Shown piece after piece: positions 43,700-52,148 of a DNA stretch of 64,000 nucleotides. This DNA is from an uncultured Pelagibacteraceae bacterium (GTDB taxonomy: Bacteria > Pseudomonadota > Alphaproteobacteria > Pelagibacterales > Pelagibacteraceae). The stretch covers positions 37,958-101,957 of the forward strand of contig CACFAF010000002.1 in NCBI GenBank assembly GCA_902564245.1, read 5' to 3'. Every line of letters starts with the position of its first letter. Within the stretch, counting starts at the first letter, position 1. The notes under the pieces were generated by a model. It saw only the letters and a program-made list of their open reading frames with translations. It searched no databases and was not told the DNA's origin. The position numbers and the translations under genes were made by a program.

Positions 43700-43840
43700 T
43701 AGTTTTGGTTCGTCGTTTTATGCGCTACCGCCGAACCTGCCACTCTACATGTTTAGCGCTGCTTTGTAGAGTTTTCTGCCCTCCAGACTTGAACCTCTCG
43801 GTTTTTCTCTGGATGGCCAGTTAAGAGTTGCCTCTTAAGT
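43656..43840 (-). ncRNA. Structured ncRNA of unassigned family (five hairpins, predicted kissing-loop pseudoknot)
   Basis: About 47% GC by hand count in a far more AT-rich context. Hairpins at 43821-43838 (GCAA loop), 43776-43820 (GAGA loop), 43742-43772, 43707-43737 and 43665-43699, then a U7 tract. GNRA loops and the U-tract fix the minus strand. Confidence 0.8.
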
Positions 43841-43936
43841 TAAATGAATAATATATTAATAGTTAAGTTGTATGTATCACTTTTTGATTGATTCATAAAA
43901 AAATCAAATTACGTGTGAATAGCGGGGATAATTAAT

Positions 43937-44101
43937 TTAAAAAAATAAAAGGGTTAAAACAGCTATAAATCCAATAATTAGTATTCCTGAAAGTACTATT
44001 AAAAATCTTGTTTTAACTTTTTCAGATAATTTTGACCAGAAATACATAGTTAAAAAAATTATTATTGGTACAGCTAAACCTATTAGAATATATTTTGGCA
44101 T
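43937..44101 (-). CDS. Small two-TM membrane protein (54 aa), not in ORF track
   Basis: MPKYILIGLAVPIIIFLTMYFWSKLSEKVKTRFLIVLSGILIIGFIAVLTLLFF; divergent from the recombinase gene. Confidence 0.6.
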   Translation of the reverse strand: MPKYILIGLAVPIIIFLTMYFWSKLSEKVKTRFLIVLSGILIIGFIAVLTLLFF

Positions 44102-44148
44102 TATTTTTTTTTATATTATTTGCTTGACATTAAGAATGTGCTATATTA

Positions 44149-44181
44149 TTACTAATGATAATTAATTGTTATCGATAGTAA
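44149..44181. other. Putative tyrosine-recombinase core site (lox/dif-like)
   Basis: TTACTAATGATAA-TTAATTG-TTATCGATAGTAA. The 13-bp arms match 11/13 as inverted repeats around an asymmetric 7-bp spacer, ending 4 nt before the recombinase ATG. Confidence 0.7.
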
Positions 44182-44185
44182 TTAT

Positions 44186-45139
44186 ATGAATGAATTGACA
44201 ACAGATCTAAAATCGCTTCATGAGGCAACTTTAAACAACCTCAAAAGTTCCAAAGCTAATAATACATTAAGGGCTTATAAATCAGATTTTAAGGATTTTG
44301 GTACTTTTTGTGCAAAACATGGTCTTAATTCATTGCCATCAGAGCCAAAAATAGTATCTCTATACCTCACCCACCTATCAAAAAATTCAAAGATAAGTAC
44401 ATTAAGAAGACGTTTAGTATCAATAAGTATGGTTCATAAGTTAAAAGGGCATTATCTAGACACCAAACATCCTTTAATTATTGAAAATTTAATGGGCATA
44501 AAAAGGGTAAAAGGTAGTATTCAGAAAGGTAAAAAACCATTATTAATCAATCATTTAAAATCAATAATTAATGTAATAAATAAAGAAAATATAGATGAAA
44601 TTAAGAAGGCAAGAGACAAGTCAATAGTGCTAATTGGATTTGGTGGAGGCTTTAGAAGAAGTGAGTTGATATCAATTGACTATGAGGATCTAGAATTTGT
44701 TCCTGAGGGACTTAAAATAATAATTAAAAGATCAAAAACAGATCAATTTGGTGAAGGAATGCTAAAGGGACTCCCCTACTTTGATAATCTTGATTATTGT
44801 CCAGTAACCAATCTAAAAAAATGGCTAGAAATATCAAAAATAAAAACTGGTCCAATATTTAGACGTTTCGCAAAAGGATGCTCTCTTACAAATAATAGAT
44901 TAACTGATCAGACGGTAGTTTTGTTAATAAAAAACTATTTAAATTTGGCAGGAATTGATAACTCAAATTTTTCTGGTCATAGTTTAAGATCAGGTTTTGC
45001 TACAGTAGCAGCTGAATCCGGAGCTGATGAAAGAAGTATTATGGCAATGACTGGTCATAAAACTACTCAAATGGTAAGAAGATATATAAGAGAAGCAAAT
45101 ATTTTTAAAAATAATGCATTAAATAAAATTAAAATTTAA
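44186..45139 (+). CDS. Cre-like tyrosine site-specific recombinase
   Basis: N-terminal SAM-like domain (NTLRAYKSD, STLRRRLVSI). Full catalytic set: R (GGFRRSEL), K (RSKTDQ), HxxR (GHSLRSG), H (TGHK), Y (RRYIR). Confidence 0.93.
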   Translation: MNELTTDLKSLHEATLNNLKSSKANNTLRAYKSDFKDFGTFCAKHGLNSLPSEPKIVSLYLTHLSKNSKISTLRRRLVSISMVHKLKGHYLDTKHPLIIENLMGIKRVKGSIQKGKKPLLINHLKSIINVINKENIDEIKKARDKSIVLIGFGGGFRRSELISIDYEDLEFVPEGLKIIIKRSKTDQFGEGMLKGLPYFDNLDYCPVTNLKKWLEISKIKTGPIFRRFAKGCSLTNNRLTDQTVVLLIKNYLNLAGIDNSNFSGHSLRSGFATVAAESGADERSIMAMTGHKTTQMVRRYIREANIFKNNALNKIKI

Positions 45140-45140
45140 T

Positions 45141-45872
45141 ATGTCAGAAAATTTTTGTGTAACACTCACCACAATACCTGCAAGATTAAAAGAAATTAAC
45201 AAAACTATAAATTCAATAAATAATCAAACATTAAAGCCAAAAAAAATATTTTTGAATATACCAAAACAATATTATAGATTTCCAAATGAAAAAATAGATG
45301 AATCGTATATAAAAAAAATTGAAAATGAGAATATAGTTGTTTCTAGATGTGATGATTATGGGCCCGCTACAAAATTAATGGGATCAATACAACAGATTAG
45401 AGAATTTGATTGTGCAATTATTATAGACGATGATCATATTTACCATGAAAAAATGTGTGAAATATTTATTGAAGAATTTAAAAGAAAGAGAATAAACTAT
45501 AGTTTCTATTCAGACAAAATATTTGATATTAAAATGGCACAATGTGCAGATGGCTTTTTAGTAAATACAGACTTTTTAGATAAAATAGAAATATTTTACA
45601 AAAAAAATGTAATGAATAATAAAAACTTATTTATGGATGATGATTTTTGGTTTGCTTTGTATTTTCAATTGAATAAGAAAGTAGAAACAGAAAATATAAT
45701 AGAAATCTTTAGGAAAAAAACTGGTAAAAAGATAGTTTATGATATTCATTCAAACAAAGAAGCATTGAGTAAAAGTGTGCATAATCCTAAAAAGATAATT
45801 AATAGAAAAAAAATAGCCAAAATTGAATATATAAAATTTAAAGTAAAAAGATTCTTAAGTTTGAATAATTAA
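45141..45872 (+). CDS. Putative glycosyltransferase (GT-A fold)
   Basis: VTLTTIPAR, DYGPATKL, IIIDDD (DxD-like), DDFW. Confidence 0.7.
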   Translation: MSENFCVTLTTIPARLKEINKTINSINNQTLKPKKIFLNIPKQYYRFPNEKIDESYIKKIENENIVVSRCDDYGPATKLMGSIQQIREFDCAIIIDDDHIYHEKMCEIFIEEFKRKRINYSFYSDKIFDIKMAQCADGFLVNTDFLDKIEIFYKKNVMNNKNLFMDDDFWFALYFQLNKKVETENIIEIFRKKTGKKIVYDIHSNKEALSKSVHNPKKIINRKKIAKIEYIKFKVKRFLSLNN

Positions 45873-46873
45873 ATTATTTTTAACCATTTTTTTAAAATAA
45901 TATATCTATCAAATTTTTTTGAGAATAATGAAGAATTATTTATTATTTTATTACGATAAGAATTATTGAAATTAATTATTGAAATAATTTTATTAGACAA
46001 TTGATTATAGTCCTTGATAATAAAACCATTATAATTATTTTTAATTATTTCATTTAGAGCTGAATAACCAAAAGATATTATAGGTAAACCCATTGAATTG
46101 GCTTCTAAAGCATTTAAACAAAAGGTTTCATCATAACCAAGACATATCATCCCCATAGAACTGGAATAATATTTTCTTAAAATATTTCTATTAACTTTAC
46201 CTTTAAAAAAAATATTTTTAGACCTTAAAAATTTCTGTTTATATTTTTTGGGAATTGTTTTGACTCCAAAAATATAAAATTTAGCTTTTTTTGAATTTGG
46301 AAACACTTCATTAATCCAAATATTTATTGTTTTATCCAAACCTTTAGTTCTTTGTACAGACCAGACAAATATAGGTTTTCTTTTTAAAATCTTTTTTTTT
46401 GAATGAAAATGGTGTGTTAAAAAATTGTTGATAATCAATCTTTTTTTAAATGGATACAGTATTGATGTTTTTTTTTTAAGATAATTACTTACAAAAATTG
46501 AAATTGGCTTATGTTTTATTATAGAAAAAAATTGTTTTTTTCTTAATGATTTTTCGATTTGTAGCTTATTATGCAACCATAAAATTTTTTTGGACCCGTC
46601 AAAATATTTAAATATTGTTGCATCATTTGAGCTAATTATTCTATCAAATCTATAATATCTATTTCTTTTAATGATTGTTTTAATTGGTAAATTAGTAATG
46701 TTTCCTATTTTATTTTTTTTCTTACAAATTGAACTTATTGTAATGTTGAATCCTTTTTTATTAAGCATTTTAGCTAATGATATATTTAGGATTTCGATAC
46801 CTCCTAATTTACTATCCATTGTTTTAATATCAAAATTAAGAGGACAGTTAATTAATATGTTCAAATTTTTCAT
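45869..46873 (-). CDS. Glycosyltransferase family 4 (GT-B)
   Basis: GGIE, LWLHN, KGLD, ETFCLNALEANSMGLP. Confidence 0.88.
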   Translation of the reverse strand: MKNLNILINCPLNFDIKTMDSKLGGIEILNISLAKMLNKKGFNITISSICKKKNKIGNITNLPIKTIIKRNRYYRFDRIISSNDATIFKYFDGSKKILWLHNKLQIEKSLRKKQFFSIIKHKPISIFVSNYLKKKTSILYPFKKRLIINNFLTHHFHSKKKILKRKPIFVWSVQRTKGLDKTINIWINEVFPNSKKAKFYIFGVKTIPKKYKQKFLRSKNIFFKGKVNRNILRKYYSSSMGMICLGYDETFCLNALEANSMGLPIISFGYSALNEIIKNNYNGFIIKDYNQLSNKIISIINFNNSYRNKIINNSSLFSKKFDRYIILKKWLKII

Positions 46874-47715
46874 CTTAAAAAAGAGTAGAAATAATTTATT
46901 TTAGATTTTAAAAAATCTAAATAATATACGAAATTTTTATTTGGTTCTTTTAAATAACCATCGAAATTTTCACCACTTCTTAAGTAGTGTTTAAAAAAAA
47001 ATTTTTGTGAAATCTTCCATTTTTTAATAAATGTTAGTGCGCCATTATTTTTTTTGATTTCCTTTTTTTTTCTCATTGAAATAGAGCCGAAATGATAGAC
47101 TTTAAAGTTGTTTATACCTTTAAAATATCTAATTCCCAAATTCCATAATTTCATATTTAAATCACTGTCTGAACTATCTCCAGGATTAAATTCTTCACTA
47201 AATCCTCCAACTTTATTCCAAATATCTTTATGAATCAGATGAGGTGCCCAATGTGATCCTTGATGATCTTTATTATTAATATCTTTATAATTATTCAATA
47301 AATAGTCTTCATTAAAATTTTTATATGTATCACCACAGTCTAAGATTAAATCAGCTCCACTTTTTTGAATCATTGTGCCTGATAAATAAAACTTATTATC
47401 TTTAGTACATTCTATTTCTTTTTTTAAAATTTCGTCCCATTCAGGAAGAAAATACATATCATCATGACAATATAAAATATAATTATTATTTGATATTTTT
47501 GCTGCATTATTTACTGAACTGCATAGTCCTATATTTTTCTCTGAATATGTGTATTTAATTTGATTCTCTTCTAAATAATTAATTGTACCATCTAAATTTT
47601 CATTTACATGCACAACTATTTCATGATTATAACGTGAATTTTTTTTAATACTTTTTATTAGTATTTTAAGATAATTGATATTATTTAAAGTAGGTATTAT
47701 AATTGAAAAATTCAT
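46870..47715 (-). CDS. Glycosyltransferase family 2
   Basis: FSIIIPTLN, DGT, NIGL, HDDM, VGGFSE, DSDL. Confidence 0.9.
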   Translation of the reverse strand: MNFSIIIPTLNNINYLKILIKSIKKNSRYNHEIVVHVNENLDGTINYLEENQIKYTYSEKNIGLCSSVNNAAKISNNNYILYCHDDMYFLPEWDEILKKEIECTKDNKFYLSGTMIQKSGADLILDCGDTYKNFNEDYLLNNYKDINNKDHQGSHWAPHLIHKDIWNKVGGFSEEFNPGDSSDSDLNMKLWNLGIRYFKGINNFKVYHFGSISMRKKKEIKKNNGALTFIKKWKISQKFFFKHYLRSGENFDGYLKEPNKNFVYYLDFLKSKINYFYSFLR

Positions 47716-49817
47716 TAAAAAAGATCAATTTTTTCACCAAATGATTTTTTTATAATATAATTTGATATTTTTTTTTCATTAAATAATTCGAAATATTTTT
47801 TCTTTCCTTCTTTAGCAATTTTTTTTCTTAATATGTCATTTTGTTTATAGAATTTAATTTTATCAGAAAGATCTGCTATATTAGTATAAAAAACAACTTC
47901 TTTTGATGTAAAGATTTCATTTAAACTTGTTCTTTTATCTATAAAAGTCATTAAACCATTTCCAATTAATGATGCTATTCTATTGCTTGAATAGTACTTA
48001 GTTGGTAGTCCTCTACTTAGATTTAATCCCATTTTTGAATTTGTTAAAGCGTTATAAAATTCATCACCCCAAATTGGTTCTTTATTTTCAAAACCATAAA
48101 AATCATAATTAATGCCATTTATTTTTTTAATTAATGAGTTTAGAAAATATATTCGACTATCACTTTTACCTTTTTTTAAAGTCGCTCTATTTACCCCATG
48201 GCTCATTGCATAAAAAATATCTTTTCTTGGTTTAAGATTAAATACATCAAAACATTCAATATTTTTATCAACAGGAACAAACATAAAATGTAGATTTTTA
48301 ATATTATTATTTTGTTTAAAAAAAATAGATGGATGTGTTGTAATAAAATTGTGGTCAACTAATTTTCCATAATATGAGATTTTCTTAATATTGGCTTTTG
48401 AATCTTTCAAACTTTTCATTATTGGATCTTCATTCCATTGTGAAATTATAATATTTTTATTTAAATTTTTGATATTTTCTAGTGTGTCTAAATAGATATT
48501 ATTAGTATGTCCAAAAAAAAGTAAATCTGGATTATAATTTTTAAAAGTTTCAATTAAATAATTTTGAAATTTTGAGGAAGTGGAATTTAAAGAAAAATGT
48601 CTATTTTGTTTAATAAAATCACGATCACTTATCTCCAATACATCATGACCATTTCTTATAAAGCCATTAGTAAATTTTTTTCCTACAGATATATTATATA
48701 GTCTATGATTTAATTTTTGACCTAAATTATAAATATTAATTATTTTTAATTTATTTTTAATTAAATTAAGTTTGTAATTTATAAATAAAGATTTTCTAAT
48801 ATCATCAATTAATAAAGAATTTTCTTTAGTAATGTGCTTAACGTTTGAAAAACCCTTTTTTTGATAATCTAGTCTTAATTTTGGATTAGTGATAAGTTTT
48901 TTAATTATATTGTATAAATTTTTAAAATCTAATTTCTTTAATATAAAACAATGATCAGAGGTTTCAGGTAATCCACCTCTATTGGAAATTATAGTTGCAC
49001 AACCTCTTGAAGATGCTTCTAAAGCGGTTCTTCCAAATGGTTCTTCCCATCTAGATGGTACAACAGCAATTTCTGTTTTGCATAAAAAGTCTAAAACTTC
49101 TTTATGAGATAACCAACCTAATTCAATATGATTTTTATGTTTTATAACTGGTTTATCTCTTCTTTCATCCCCTATTGAGTAAGCTTTCCATTCCTGAAAT
49201 TCATTTAATATTTTAATTATAGCGTCCCTATATAGGTCATAACCTTTTGATGTGTTTAATTTTCCAACAAAAACAATTTTTTTTTCTTTTTTAATTAATC
49301 TATTTTGTTTATGGATACTTGGATAAACGACTTCAGTTTTATTTATTAGTCTTTTATCGAGATCTATAAAAAATCTTTTTTGAACCCATTCACTAACAAA
49401 AATTATTTTTTCAACTTTATTAAGTAAATTTATTCTCTCTTCAGAACTTTTAGAACCTTTCATTGATAAAGGATCATTATGAAAATAAATAATGAAATTT
49501 GAATCTAATTTATCTTTGAGTATATTAAAAACAAGAGGTCTATTATGAATCTCAACTAAATCAAATTTCTTACCATCTATTTTTTTTATTAATTCGTTAC
49601 AATATTGGTTTGTAGTACTTGTTAATTTGGATCCTTTAATTTTAATGTTTATATAATTATCAGATAAATAGTCCTTTTCATTTGTTGTCCCAAAAATATA
49701 ATTATTCTTTCTTAATGAAGAATGTCTAAAAAAGTCATATACCCATAGAGAAGCTGCAGCTGCCTTCTTTTTTGAATAGTTTTCTTTATAAGGAAGAATG
49801 GTAGCAATTTTTAACAT
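47715..49817 (-). CDS. Two-domain glycosyltransferase (GT4 plus CgeB-like GT-B domain)
   Basis: N-half FVGKL..KG, VPSRWEEPFGRTALEA. C-half SKMGLNLSR...SSNRIASLIGNG. Confidence 0.85.
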   Translation of the reverse strand: MLKIATILPYKENYSKKKAAAASLWVYDFFRHSSLRKNNYIFGTTNEKDYLSDNYINIKIKGSKLTSTTNQYCNELIKKIDGKKFDLVEIHNRPLVFNILKDKLDSNFIIYFHNDPLSMKGSKSSEERINLLNKVEKIIFVSEWVQKRFFIDLDKRLINKTEVVYPSIHKQNRLIKKEKKIVFVGKLNTSKGYDLYRDAIIKILNEFQEWKAYSIGDERRDKPVIKHKNHIELGWLSHKEVLDFLCKTEIAVVPSRWEEPFGRTALEASSRGCATIISNRGGLPETSDHCFILKKLDFKNLYNIIKKLITNPKLRLDYQKKGFSNVKHITKENSLLIDDIRKSLFINYKLNLIKNKLKIINIYNLGQKLNHRLYNISVGKKFTNGFIRNGHDVLEISDRDFIKQNRHFSLNSTSSKFQNYLIETFKNYNPDLLFFGHTNNIYLDTLENIKNLNKNIIISQWNEDPIMKSLKDSKANIKKISYYGKLVDHNFITTHPSIFFKQNNNIKNLHFMFVPVDKNIECFDVFNLKPRKDIFYAMSHGVNRATLKKGKSDSRIYFLNSLIKKINGINYDFYGFENKEPIWGDEFYNALTNSKMGLNLSRGLPTKYYSSNRIASLIGNGLMTFIDKRTSLNEIFTSKEVVFYTNIADLSDKIKFYKQNDILRKKIAKEGKKKYFELFNEKKISNYIIKKSFGEKIDLF

Positions 49818-49833
49818 TATTTTTTTTTATATA

Positions 49834-50082
49834 TTAATTATTATTGATTATACTCAATCTCTTCTTTCTATCCTTTTTTAAAAAATATTCATATGTTAAA
49901 GCTTCAGATTTAGTATTAAATTCTTTAGTATATATTAGTTTCCATTTGTGACCTTTTGTAGACTTAGCTCCTTTATTTGAATTATGTTTTACTAATCGTA
50001 ATTTTGGATTAATTGAATAGCCCACATATGTTTTATTAATTTTACTATTTACCGTTTTTATCATGTAAACAAAATAACTCAT
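49834..50082 (-). CDS. GIY-YIG nuclease family protein (UPF0213-like)
   Basis: YFVYM...TYVGYS..P..RL..HNS.KGAKST, EAL.YE. Confidence 0.9.
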   Translation of the reverse strand: MSYFVYMIKTVNSKINKTYVGYSINPKLRLVKHNSNKGAKSTKGHKWKLIYTKEFNTKSEALTYEYFLKKDRKKRLSIINNN

Positions 50083-50089
50083 CAGATAT

Positions 50090-50164
50090 TGGCGGTCCCT
50101 AGGGGAATCGAACCCCTCTTTCGAGGATGAAAACCACGTGTCCTAACCGATAGACGAAGGGACC
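50090..50164 (-). tRNA. tRNA-Glu(TTC)
   Basis: GGTCCCT...CGTGG-TT-TTC-AT-CCTCG...GGTTCGATTCCCC-TAGGGACC-GCCA. Confidence 0.96.
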
Positions 50165-50199
50165 AATTTAAAATCTTTTATTGTATATATTATTATTTA

Positions 50200-51150
50200 T
50201 CAAGTTTTTATAGTGTCCTCACTTACAACAATTTCAGTCATATTAGAGCCTTTATGAGTAACAAAAGTTTCGGTTATATATTTATTATCTTGGACATAAA
50301 TACCATTAACTAGATCACCAGTAGTTATACCGGTTGCACAAAAAATTGAATCACCTTTTACAATTTCTTTTAATTCATATTTTTTATTTAGATCTTTAAT
50401 ACCCATCTTTTTTGCTCTTTGAATATCTTTATCATTTTCGAAAAGAAATCTCCCTTGAAATTTACATCCAAAAGTATCAATAGCTGAAGCTGCTAAAACA
50501 CCTTCTGGTCCACCACCAATGCCTAAAAAAATATCTACATTATATTTATCATTTGTAACCATCAAAGCACCTGAAACATCACCATCTGATAATAATTTCA
50601 TTCTAACATTCATTTCATTTAATTTATCTATAATTTTTTGATGTCTAGGTCTATTTAACAAACAAGCAGTGATATTAGTTAAATCTTTATTCATAGAATC
50701 AGCAATATTTTTTATATTTTTTTCAAGAGGAAAATCCAGATCTGTTGCGTCAAAAGGAATTTTTTTAGATACAGCAAGTTTATCCATATATGTTTCTGGA
50801 GCATTAAATAGATTCCCTTTTTCAGCAACTGATATAACAGATAAAGCTCCTGGTAAATTTTTTGCAGCAAAATTTGTTCCTTCAAGAGGATCAACAGCAA
50901 TATCTAATTCTATATTACCCCCCAAGCCTAATTTTTCACCAATATACAACATAGGAGCTTCATCAAGCTCACCTTCACCTATAACAACTTCTCCATTAAT
51001 ATTAAGTTTATTAATTTCATTTCTCATTGAGTCAGTGGCAGCTTTATCTGCAATTTTTTTATCATTTTTACCAACAAATTTATAGCATGCTATAGCAGCT
51101 TTCGAGGTAACTCTAATAATTTCATTAATTAATTTTTTATCTAAAGACAC
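50200..51150 (-). CDS. glpX: Fructose-1,6-bisphosphatase class II
   Basis: VVIGEGELDEAPMLYIGE, DIAVDPLEGT, DGDV, GIGGGPEGV, ATGIT. Confidence 0.97.
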   Translation of the reverse strand: MSLDKKLINEIIRVTSKAAIACYKFVGKNDKKIADKAATDSMRNEINKLNINGEVVIGEGELDEAPMLYIGEKLGLGGNIELDIAVDPLEGTNFAAKNLPGALSVISVAEKGNLFNAPETYMDKLAVSKKIPFDATDLDFPLEKNIKNIADSMNKDLTNITACLLNRPRHQKIIDKLNEMNVRMKLLSDGDVSGALMVTNDKYNVDIFLGIGGGPEGVLAASAIDTFGCKFQGRFLFENDKDIQRAKKMGIKDLNKKYELKEIVKGDSIFCATGITTGDLVNGIYVQDNKYITETFVTHKGSNMTEIVVSEDTIKT

Positions 51151-51158
51151 TAAATTTT

Positions 51159-52148
51159 TTATATAGTTGTTTTTTCTAAATTATCTTTAAGTTTATTTTC
51201 AAATTCATTAAGTCTTTTCCACACAGAGATTAATTCAACTATTATTGGCCAACTTCTGACTAAATATTGTAGTGATGTTTCAACTCTTCCGAAAGCTCTA
51301 ATAATTTGTTGAACAAAACCTAGAGTAATTGCTCCAGTTACTATAGTTGGTGCTAATGCTAAGTAAGGAACAATTACCATACCTTGTAAGTAACTCCATT
51401 TAACAGCATTAAAGTATAAATAATGAAAATACATTTTATAATGAATCTTCCTTACGCCACCATATAAATTTTCAATTTTAACTGGTTGAGCATTTTCTTT
51501 AAAATCTTCACCTAGAACTAATTCTTTTCTGTAAGCAGCCTCTTCTTTCTGGATATCATACTCAATACCAGGAAGCTTAATTCCAACAGCAGCAAGTATG
51601 AACGTACCACCTAAAGCTGAAATAATAGCAACCCAAACTAATGCATGATTCACTTCACCAATCCATGGAAGTACAGTAATACTTTTAGAAAGTCCCCATA
51701 ATATTGGAGTAAAAGCAATAAGAGTCATTACACTTCTTAAAAGTTCTGCTCCAAGTCCTTCCATTATTCTTGCAAATTTTAGTGTATCTTCTTGAACTCT
51801 CTGAGAAGCACCCTCTATAGATGAAGCAAAATTCCACTTATCGTGATAAAAATCTGCCATTGCTGTTCTCCACCTAAATGTCCAATGGCTTGTGAAATAA
51901 TCGCTAAATATAACAACTAATATGTAAACAGCTGCAATTTTTGCAAATGTAAAAAGATAAGAAACAAATTCCTTTTCTGTTACTGCACCTGGTTCAGTTA
52001 ATGCTTTTTGCAAAGTGTCATAAAATTCACCAAACCATTCATTTATTTTTACATCAAGTTGAACTTGGTACCAGGTTGCTGCTAAAATAAGTAGTGTTCC
52101 ACCAATACTCCATAAATACCATCTTTTGTCTGTAAAAAATTTAAACAT
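51159..52148 (-). CDS. SbmA/BacA-like peptide transporter
   Basis: FRWRTAM, IEGASQRVQEDT, EAAYRKELV, ELISVWKRL. Confidence 0.9.
   Translation of the reverse strand: MFKFFTDKRWYLWSIGGTLLILAATWYQVQLDVKINEWFGEFYDTLQKALTEPGAVTEKEFVSYLFTFAKIAAVYILVVIFSDYFTSHWTFRWRTAMADFYHDKWNFASSIEGASQRVQEDTLKFARIMEGLGAELLRSVMTLIAFTPILWGLSKSITVLPWIGEVNHALVWVAIISALGGTFILAAVGIKLPGIEYDIQKEEAAYRKELVLGEDFKENAQPVKIENLYGGVRKIHYKMYFHYLYFNAVKWSYLQGMVIVPYLALAPTIVTGAITLGFVQQIIRAFGRVETSLQYLVRSWPIIVELISVWKRLNEFENKLKDNLEKTTI

Noticed and set aside
43720-43800. tRNA-like fragments in the ncRNA (GGTAGCGCAT shared with tRNA-Pro; GGTTCAAGTC), suggesting a permuted tmRNA or tRNA remnant
   Set aside because: No acceptor stem, CCA end or tag reading frame, and the segments take part in other hairpins.
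43927-43937. Second copy of GATAATTAATT as a partner recombination site
   Set aside because: Only 11 AT-rich bp with no flanking arms.
44186-50164. Integrative element or prophage inserted at tRNA-Glu
   Set aside because: No duplicate of the tRNA 3' end (TGGCGGTCCCTAGG) found near the recombinase, which is 5 kb from the tRNA. No phage or transfer genes.
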